Below, piece after piece: positions 54,074 to 64,000 of a stretch of 64,000 nt of DNA (the stretch's first letter is position 1; each line of letters starts with the position of its first letter). The translations under genes were made by a program, and so were the position numbers. Source of the stretch: an uncultured delta proteobacterium (GTDB lineage: Bacteria > Myxococcota > Myxococcia > SLRQ01); NCBI GenBank assembly GCA_963727485.1, contig CAVSGM010000002.1:1344001-1408000 (forward strand), given 5' to 3'. The notes beneath the pieces are model-generated. The model did no database searches, was not told the origin of the DNA, and saw only the letters and a list, made by a program, of their open reading frames with translations.

Positions 54074-54891
54074 TAGGGCTTGAGCTTCACCGGGCCCTGG
54101 CCCGCGCCGGGGACGGCGGCCTTGGCCTTCCCCCGGTGCCGGCGGCGGGTCTTCTGCTTCAGGGGCTCGAACGGGGGCAGGTCGGTCTTGGCGCCCTGGC
54201 CCGTGGCCGTCAGCTCCAGGGTCACCCCCTGGGGGGTGACCGACTTCACCAGGCCCCACAGCGGCACCTTGCCGCCGTCGAGCCAGAGGTCGGCGAGGAG
54301 GACCTGGCGCTTGCCCTGGCGCTGGTAGACCTTCAGGTGGCGGGTGGTGAACCGGCCCGCGGGGACGGTGACGGTCTCCCGGCCCAGGTGGCGCACCACG
54401 ATGTTGGCCGCGGTCATCGGCTGGCCCCGGCCGCCGACCTGGGTGACCTTCACGGCCCGGCCCGCGCCGTGGCCCCCGAGGATCGGGACCTCGATCGCCG
54501 GGACCCCGGTCTGGGCCAGCATCAGCCGGTCGATGTTCCCGGCGTGGCCGAGGCCCCCGGCGATCAGCATCTTCGCCCAGGCCCGGGTCCCCGTGGGCCG
54601 GGTGATGCGGAACTCCAGGAGGTGGTGGTGGGGGAACTGGTGGGGCAGCCGCGGGATCACCGAGACCCGCATCCGGGACGGGTTTGCGTTCGGCCGGGCC
54701 TCCTGATAGCTCACCCACACGCCCGGGGTGAGCTTGGGGGTGATCCCGAGCTTCTTCCACACGCCCGCGGGCAGGTAGAGGGAGAATGCCTTCGCTGCCG
54801 CCGCGGTCTTGTCCGGCTTCGACCCCGTCGCCCGCGCCGATCCCGGCGAGACGAGGAGCGCGACGACGAGGAGCAGGCCGGTGCGTCCCAT
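54043..54891 (-). CDS. Hypothetical secreted protein
   Basis: Signal peptide MGRTGLLLVVALL...ARA; ETVTVPAGRF motif; basic composition. Confidence 0.72.
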   Translation of the reverse strand: MGRTGLLLVVALLVSPGSARATGSKPDKTAAAAKAFSLYLPAGVWKKLGITPKLTPGVWVSYQEARPNANPSRMRVSVIPRLPHQFPHHHLLEFRITRPTGTRAWAKMLIAGGLGHAGNIDRLMLAQTGVPAIEVPILGGHGAGRAVKVTQVGGRGQPMTAANIVVRHLGRETVTVPAGRFTTRHLKVYQRQGKRQVLLADLWLDGGKVPLWGLVKSVTPQGVTLELTATGQGAKTDLPPFEPLKQKTRRRHRGKAKAAVPGAGQGPVKLKPYQGKGSESTK

Positions 54892-54952
54892 GGCGGAACT
54901 ATCCGGGATGGCCCGGGGCGGGTCAAGGCAGGGCCCCGGGGCGGGATGCGCC

Positions 54953-55651
54953 GTGAAGAAGGGGCTGGTCCTCACCGTCTACGGGGCCATGGCCTTCGCC
55001 GGACTCCTCTGCGCCGCGCCCTTTCTCCAGGACGCCTGGCTCGCCCTCACCCGGCCCTGCGCCTACCTCCCGGGGCTCCGGGCGCCGGGGTTCTGGGTCG
55101 CCGCCAGCCTGGTCACCGCCGGCGCCCTCTTCCACGTGGTGCGCAGCACCTTCCTCGGCTCGCCCCACCGCCGGCAGGTGGCGGCGCTGATGCTGGTGGC
55201 CAGCGCGTCCCTGGTGGTGGGCCGGCTCCTCGGGGTCCCCGCCGACACCGGGCCGGTCCCGGGGATCCAGCTGGGCCACGCCTTCGCCCGGGCCCGGGCC
55301 GTCCTCGCCGCCGCCACCGTCGACGGCCGCTACCCCGCGCGCTTCCCCGGGGACGGGGTGCTCCGGGACGCCCGGGGCCACCCGGTGGTCACCGGCTACC
55401 TCGGCCACGGCCGTCGCCTGCCCTTCCGCGTGGTCACCCGGACCCCGGCAGCGGGCGCCGCCCTCACCGCCCGGGCCGACGACCGCCCGGGCACCCTCTA
55501 CTACGTGCGCCGCCCCGACGGCGGCACCTACTGGCTCACCGCCCTGATGATGGCCGGGACCCCCGTGGGCCCCGCCCGCTTCGTCCGCGACCCGTCCTCC
55601 CACCAGGCCGTGGTCGTCCACCCCGACCCCCCCACTCGGAGCCCCGAATGA
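54953..55651 (+). CDS. Hypothetical membrane protein
   Basis: GTG start, three N-terminal hydrophobic segments; stop overlaps next ATG. Confidence 0.65.
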   Translation: MKKGLVLTVYGAMAFAGLLCAAPFLQDAWLALTRPCAYLPGLRAPGFWVAASLVTAGALFHVVRSTFLGSPHRRQVAALMLVASASLVVGRLLGVPADTGPVPGIQLGHAFARARAVLAAATVDGRYPARFPGDGVLRDARGHPVVTGYLGHGRRLPFRVVTRTPAAGAALTARADDRPGTLYYVRRPDGGTYWLTALMMAGTPVGPARFVRDPSSHQAVVVHPDPPTRSPE

Positions 55652-56088
55652 TCCGCTTCCTCCTCGCCACCGTGGCCCTGCCCCTGGTGTTCTCCACCGC
55701 CATCCCCGTGCCCACCCACGGGCCCAAGACCATGCCCCCCGAGGCCTTCAAGATGGTCCACGACCACCTGAAGACCATCAAGCAGTTCGACCTGAAGGCG
55801 CTGGGGATCCCGGTGGAGCAGAGCCTCCGGCTCGCCGGCGCGGTGGGCAACCCCGCGAACCCCGGGGTCCTGGTCGCCGTGTCCCCCAAGAAGGTGGAGA
55901 CCCTGGTGCGCTGGTACCAGCACCGCCTCCACGGCTGGAAGCTCGAGGGCCACGTCCCGGGCAAGAGCGCCAGCTTCAAGCCGGCGACCGGCACCGCCAA
56001 GGTCACGGTGAGCGTCTGCCTCGGCGGCAGCTACCAGCTCTTCAAGTGCGCCTCGGTGCTCCGCTTCTACAAGGCCACCGGCAAGTAG
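55648..56088 (+). CDS. Hypothetical secreted protein, paralog 1
   Basis: MIRFLLATVALPLVFST signal; KQFDLKALGIPVEQSLRL. Confidence 0.78.
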   Translation: MIRFLLATVALPLVFSTAIPVPTHGPKTMPPEAFKMVHDHLKTIKQFDLKALGIPVEQSLRLAGAVGNPANPGVLVAVSPKKVETLVRWYQHRLHGWKLEGHVPGKSASFKPATGTAKVTVSVCLGGSYQLFKCASVLRFYKATGK

Positions 56089-56219
56089 GGCCGCCGGCCG
56101 GGCGCCGGCCCCGCACCTCGACCGGTCGGCCCGGGGGCGGTATCCTGGGATGTCTTCAATGGAAGGCCCGGTGCCGACCGGCCGGCGTCGGGGCGTCCAC
56201 CGCGACCCTGGAGGAGCCC

Positions 56220-59344
<3,125 letters not shown>

Positions 59345-60496
59345 TCAACCCCCTGGAATCCAAGACGATTCCGGGGGCGCCGATGGGGTGAGGACCCCGG
59401 CCTCCACCCGGACCCAGGTGGCGGCCGCCGAGGGGGGCACCGGGGCCAGGGACGGATTGGTCGTGGTGAGCACCACCTGGCCGGTGAACTGCCCGAGGTA
59501 GGCCAGCAGGTGGGCGTTGCGCTCGGGGTCGAGCTCGCTGGAGACGTCGTCGAGGAGCAGCAGGGGCACCCGCCCGGTCTCGGCCTCGAGGTTCTCGATC
59601 TCGGCGACCTTCAGGGCCAGCACCACCGCCCGCTGCTGCCCCTGGCTGGCGTAGACCCGCACCTCCCGGTCGTCCAGGGAGAGCGCCACGTCGTCGGCAT
59701 GGGGACCGGCGGTGGTGAAGCCCCGGGCCCGGTCGAGGCCGGCCCGGCGGGCCAGCACCTCGGCGAAGCACCCGGCGAGGCCCTCCGGGTCCCGGGGGAG
59801 CGATCCGGCGTCGCCCAGGGCGCTCTGATAGGCCAGGGTGAGGGTGAGGTCGGCGCCGGTGACCGAGCGCCACCTCGCCTCGACCCGGGGGGCGAGCTCG
59901 TCGAGGAGGGTCAGGCGCCGGGCGAGGATCCGCCCCCCGGCGGTGGCCAGGGTGGCGTCGAAGGCGGCCAGCGCCCCGGCGTCCCCGGCGCCCTTGCGCG
60001 CCGCCCGGAGCAGCTCGTTTCGCGCCTTGAGGGCCCGGCTGTAGACCCGGTGGTCGGCGAGGTAGCCCGCCTGCCGGGTGAACGCCGCCCGGTCGAGCCA
60101 GCGCCTTCGGGTCGCCGGCGCGCCCTTGGCGATCTCCAGGTCGTCGGGGGTGAAGGCCACGACCTTGAGGACCTCGGCGTAGCGCTCCACCGACCCCGGG
60201 GCCTTCTCGTCGACGGTCGCCTCCCGGCCCCCGGCCCCCAGGCGCACCTTGAGGGTCCGGGTGATGGTCTCGGCGACCTCGCCCCTCACCTCGGCGGCCT
60301 CGGCCCCCAGGCGCACCAGGTCGGCGCTCCGGCTCCCGCGCAAGGGCCGGAGGGTGGCCAGGTAGTAGATGGCCTCGAGGAGGTTGGTCTTCCCCTGGCC
60401 GTTCTCGCCGTGGACCACCGTCACCGACCCGGCGGGCACCAGGACCGCCGACCGGAGGTTGCGGAAGTCCCGCACCGTGAGGCGGGTGAGGCGCAG
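59345..60496 (-). CDS. recF: DNA replication/repair protein RecF (apparent CTG start)
   Basis: (L)RLTRLTVRDFRNL, GENGQGKTNLLEAI, GPHADD, SQGQQR, LLLDDVSSELD. Confidence 0.95.
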   Translation of the reverse strand: MRLTRLTVRDFRNLRSAVLVPAGSVTVVHGENGQGKTNLLEAIYYLATLRPLRGSRSADLVRLGAEAAEVRGEVAETITRTLKVRLGAGGREATVDEKAPGSVERYAEVLKVVAFTPDDLEIAKGAPATRRRWLDRAAFTRQAGYLADHRVYSRALKARNELLRAARKGAGDAGALAAFDATLATAGGRILARRLTLLDELAPRVEARWRSVTGADLTLTLAYQSALGDAGSLPRDPEGLAGCFAEVLARRAGLDRARGFTTAGPHADDVALSLDDREVRVYASQGQQRAVVLALKVAEIENLEAETGRVPLLLLDDVSSELDPERNAHLLAYLGQFTGQVVLTTTNPSLAPVPPSAAATWVRVEAGVLTPSAPPESSWIPGG

Positions 60497-60505
60497 GGCC
60501 CGCCC

Positions 60506-61108
60506 CTACTTCGACCCGGGGGTGGGCGACCCGACCCCGGCCGGCCGGACCCTCGGCGGGATCGCCCCCCGGTCGAGGACCCGGGGGAGGACGCAGCCGC
60601 GGACGCCGTACCGGAACTGGGTGATCACCTCGGCGGGGGGCTGGCCCTTGCCCTTGGCCTTGCCGACCTCGTAGACCCAGGCCACCCGGCCCAGCGGGTC
60701 GCGCTCGAGGCTCGCCTGACCCCGGCCCGCGGGGCCGTCGAGGATGCTCGCGAGGAGCACCAGGCCCGGCTTCATCGGGCCCCCGGTGGCGGCGCCCCGG
60801 GCGGGGATGGCGGCGAGCTCGTAGCGCCCGTCGTCGCTCTCGGTGAGCCGCTCCCGGAGGAAGCAGGTCCCGCGGACGAAGCGCTCGAGGATCACCGACT
60901 GGGGCGCGCCCCCGTCCCAGGTGACCTGGGTCCCCTGGTAGGCGTCGACGCCCTGGGGGATGGCCCGGTCCACCGCCCCCTGGCCCACGGCGTAGGCGGG
61001 CTTGGGGCCGGTGGCGGTCAGCGGCCTCGGACCCCGGCTGCCCGGCGCGGCCTGATGGCAGGCACCGAGGGCGAGGAGGGTGGAGGCGGCGAGGGCGAAA
61101 CGACGCAT
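60506..61108 (-). CDS. Hypothetical lipoprotein between dnaN and recF
   Basis: MRRFALAASTLLALGAC lipobox; appears fused to dnaN only because of one extra base at about 61112. Confidence 0.75.
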   Translation of the reverse strand: MRRFALAASTLLALGACHQAAPGSRGPRPLTATGPKPAYAVGQGAVDRAIPQGVDAYQGTQVTWDGGAPQSVILERFVRGTCFLRERLTESDDGRYELAAIPARGAATGGPMKPGLVLLASILDGPAGRGQASLERDPLGRVAWVYEVGKAKGKGQPPAEVITQFRYGVRGCVLPRVLDRGAIPPRVRPAGVGSPTPGSK

Positions 61109-62209
61109 CAGAATCCGCATCGGCATGACCACGGCGGTGTACCCGTCCTCACCCTCGGGCTGGACCACCGCCGGAGAGAGCTCGTCGCTGACCGTGAGCC
61201 GGATGGCGTCGGTGGAGAGGACGCCGAGGACGTCGATGAGGTAGCGGGCGTTGAAGCCCACGGTGACCTCGGGGCCCTCGTAGGGGACCTCCAGGGCCTC
61301 GGAGGCCTCGCCGAGGTCGGGGTTCTCGCTGACCACCGTGAGGGCGCCGGAGGCGAGCTGGAGGCGCACCGCCGGGGCCCGGTCCGGGGAGACCAGGGAG
61401 ACGCGCTTGAGGGTCCCGAGGAAGCGCTCCCGGGGCACGATGAGGGCGCTGGCGGCGACCTCGGGGATGACCTGCTCGTAGTCGGGGAACTGGCCGTCGA
61501 CCAGGCGCATGGTGAGGGTGAGGCCCTCGGTGCGGAAGATGGCGTTGGACCCGGCGATGGCCAGCCGGACCGACCCGGGCTTCTCGGCGAGGAGCCGGCG
61601 CATCTCCTGGAGGCCCTTTCTCGGGACGATGACGCCCTGGGTGAGGCCGAGGTCGCCGCCCAGGGGCCGCTCGATCATCGCCAGGCGGTGGCCGTCGGTG
61701 GCCACCATCCGGACCTTGTCGTCCTTCTGCTCGAGGTAGACGCCGTTGAGGTTGTAGCGGGTCTCGTCGGTCGAGACCGCGAACTGGGTCTTCTCGATCA
61801 TCTCCGCCAGGAGCCCCGGCTCCACCTCGACGAAGCTGGCGCCCTCGGCACCCGGGAGCGCCGGGTAGTCCTCGGGGGCGGCGCCGACGATGCGGAAGCG
61901 CGCCCGGCCCGAGGTGATCTCCACCCAGTTGTTGGGGGTCCGGGAGAGGCGGACCTCGGGCTCGGGGAGGCTGCGGACGATGTCGAGGAGGTTCTTGGCG
62001 GGGACGGTGACCCGCCCCGGCTTCTCCACCTCGGCGGGGTGCTCGCCGGTCAGCCCGAGCTCGAGGTCGGTGGCCGAGACGGTGAGCTTGCCGCCCTCGG
62101 CGTCGAGGAGGACGTTGGCCAGGATGGGCATGGTCGCCTTGCGGTCGACGATGCCCTGGGCCCGGTAGAGGCCCTTCTGGAGCTCCTCGGCGCTCATCCG
62201 GATGTCCAT
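61108..62209 (-). CDS. dnaN: DNA polymerase III beta clamp
   Basis: MPILANVLL, ATDLE, STDETRYNLNG, VATDGHRL, FPDY, GFNARY, VVMPMRI; stop restored by deleting one base. Confidence 0.96.
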
Positions 62210-62259
62210 GCCGTTCTCCGTGTCCGGGCCCCAATCCCGATCCCAAGGGAAACAGAAAG

Positions 62260-62475
62260 GGTCTTGGATCGAATCTACAGTCGGGATCGTAGGGGATGTG
62301 GATTTGTGGGAAGCACAGCCAACCCACCGGGATCCCGAGCGGCTTGCCTGTGGGCTGTTCCCGGCCACCCGGTGTGGCCCGCCTGTGTAGCACCCGGCTC
62401 TGAGGGTCGTCAACACGATGCGAGGGGCCTGTCCCCACCGTTTCACCCAGGCCTTTCCCCATCCTCTCCACAGGG
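62260..62475. other. Candidate replication origin (oriC) / DnaA-box cluster
   Basis: Degenerate DnaA boxes TGTGGATTT (62297), TGTGGGAAG (62305), TGTGGGCTG (62349), CTGTCCCCA (62429), CTTTCCCCA (62453), CTCTCCACA (62464), plus a lower-GC stretch upstream of dnaN. Confidence 0.5.
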
Positions 62476-62539
62476 GCGGTGCCGCGCCACCGGGGTGGAC
62501 CTCCCGGCGGCCCGGGGGCTCTGGTAGCCTCCCGGGTCC

Positions 62540-64000
62540 ATGGGCCGCGACGTCACCGACAAGCGCCTGGCGCGCCTGCTCCCGGTGGAGCGCTGGCCGA
62601 CCGCCGAGGAGGCCGCGGGGAGCCGCCTCTTCTCCCCGGTGCGCCTCGGGCCGTTCACCCTCGCCACCCGCACCTGGGTCCCGGCGATGGTCCCCTGGCG
62701 GGCCACCGCCGACGGCGGGGTCACCGAGCGCAACCTCGCCTGGTACCGGCGCTTCGCCGAGGGGCGCCCCGGGGCCCTCGTGGTCGAGGCCACGGGGATC
62801 CGCGACGTGCCCTCGGGGCCGCTGCTGCGCATCGGCGACGACCGCTTCGTCGAGGGCCTCTCCCGCCTCGCCGAGGTCGTCCACCAGGCGAGCGGCGGAG
62901 AGACCCGGCTCTTCATCCAGCTCATCGACTTCCTGCGCATCCGCCGGCGCCCGGACCCGAAGCGGTTCTTCGCCGAGTTCCTGCGGGTGGACGAAGGCCT
63001 CCGGGCCCGCCTCGCCGCCCACCTCGGTGACCCCGCCCTCGAAGGCGCCGACGAGGCCGGGGTGCGCGCGCGGCTCGCCGGCCTCGCCGCCGCCGGCCTC
63101 GAGCAGGTCCTCTCCGAGCGCGACCTCGAGGCCCTGCGCTTCGGGGATCGGGAGCGGGTCACCGACGTCGAGGTGCCCGCCATCCGCGACCTGCCGCGCG
63201 CGCTCCCCGGCCTCTTCGCCGCCGCCGCCCGCCGGGCGAAGGCCGCGGGCTTCGACGGGGTCGAGCTCCACTGCGCCCACGCCTACACCCTCGCCTCCTT
63301 CCTCTCGCGGCTCAACACCCGGACCGACGGCTACGGGGGCGACCTCGAGGGCCGGGCGCGGCTGCCCCTCGAGGTCTACCGGGCGGTGCGCGCCGAGGTG
63401 GGCGAGGGCTACCCGGTGGGCGCCCGCCTGCTCACCGACGAGATCATCGGGGGGGGCAGCCGGGTCGCCGATGCCATCCACTTCGCCACCGCCTTCGCCC
63501 GCGCCGGCATGGACTACCTGTCGCTGTCCCGGGGCGGGAAGTTCGAGGACGCCAGGCAGCCCAAGGTCGGCCACGCCGCCTACCCCTACACCGGGCCCTC
63601 GGGGCAGGCGTGCATGCCCACCGTGGGGATCGACGCCGCCGGGCCCTTCGGCCGGAACGTCCCCGACACCGCGCGGGTGCGCCGGGCGCTGCGCGAGGCG
63701 GGTCATGGGACCCCGGTGGTGGTCGCCGGGGGCATCGCCACCTTCGACCAGGCCGAGGGGATCCTCGCCCGCGGCGAGGCCGACGTCATCGGCACCGCCC
63801 GGCAGGCCCTGGCCGACCCCGACTGGCTGCTCAAGGTGCGCACCGGCCACGGCGCCGAGGTGCGCCGGTGCTTCTTCACCAACTACTGCGAGGGCCTCGA
63901 CCAGGCCCACAAGACGGTGACCTGCCAAAGGTGGGACCGGCGCTTCCCCGAGGGCGAGGGGCACGTCCCCCTCGACGACGACGGCCGGCGCCGGCTCACC
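62540..64000 (+). CDS. NADH:flavin oxidoreductase (Old Yellow Enzyme family), runs off right edge
   Basis: LFSPVRLG, WVPAMV, GFDGVELHCAHAY..ASFLS..NTRTDGYGG, ARQALADPD, C-terminal Cys cluster. Confidence 0.9.
   Translation, partial: MGRDVTDKRLARLLPVERWPTAEEAAGSRLFSPVRLGPFTLATRTWVPAMVPWRATADGGVTERNLAWYRRFAEGRPGALVVEATGIRDVPSGPLLRIGDDRFVEGLSRLAEVVHQASGGETRLFIQLIDFLRIRRRPDPKRFFAEFLRVDEGLRARLAAHLGDPALEGADEAGVRARLAGLAAAGLEQVLSERDLEALRFGDRERVTDVEVPAIRDLPRALPGLFAAAARRAKAAGFDGVELHCAHAYTLASFLSRLNTRTDGYGGDLEGRARLPLEVYRAVRAEVGEGYPVGARLLTDEIIGGGSRVADAIHFATAFARAGMDYLSLSRGGKFEDARQPKVGHAAYPYTGPSGQACMPTVGIDAAGPFGRNVPDTARVRRALREAGHGTPVVVAGGIATFDQAEGILARGEADVIGTARQALADPDWLLKVRTGHGAEVRRCFFTNYCEGLDQAHKTVTCQRWDRRFPEGEGHVPLDDDGRRRLT

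Noticed and set aside
60506..63964. 1152-aa ORF suggesting a DnaN-lipoprotein fusion with a long N-terminal extension
   Set aside because: The N-terminal part is the antisense shadow of the flavin oxidoreductase. The fusion disappears on removing one base (ATTCTGATG to ATCTGATG), giving the normal MPMRI* end, and an internal signal peptide is implausible.

Overview
Very GC-rich bacterial chromosomal window, probably Myxococcota or a related deltaproteobacterium (inferred from MglA/SofG-like GTPases, an AfGcHK-like globin-coupled kinase and myxobacterial-type Tad pseudopilins). From left to right: (1) 1-12.8 kb, a low-oxygen/redox island with an OmcA/MtrC-like multiheme lipoprotein carrying a collagen stalk, a globin-coupled kinase, a dual-receiver regulator, a hybrid kinase, USPs, NapC/NirT and monoheme cytochromes, a sigma54 activator and hemN, linked by sigma54-type promoters and a repeated CGCA-N5-TGCG box; (2) 13-30 kb, mixed metabolic and lipoprotein genes, with two MglA-like GTPases flanking fbp; (3) 30-43.7 kb, a pafB/pafC-like WYL pair and addB-addA, with a near-perfect mycobacterial PafBC promoter motif directly upstream of addB; (4) tRNA-Gln and a stressosome operon (rsbR-S-T-X) feeding a hybrid histidine kinase; (5) fabH and a Tad/Flp pseudopilin cluster; (6) dnaN-orf-recF-gyrB with no adjacent dnaA or gyrA but a candidate oriC upstream of dnaN. 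Many genes, including essential ones, carry single-base frameshifts that look like long-read errors, several of them at GATC sites. No CRISPR array, rRNA or mobile element was seen. All family assignments come from motif recognition; no database search was run.
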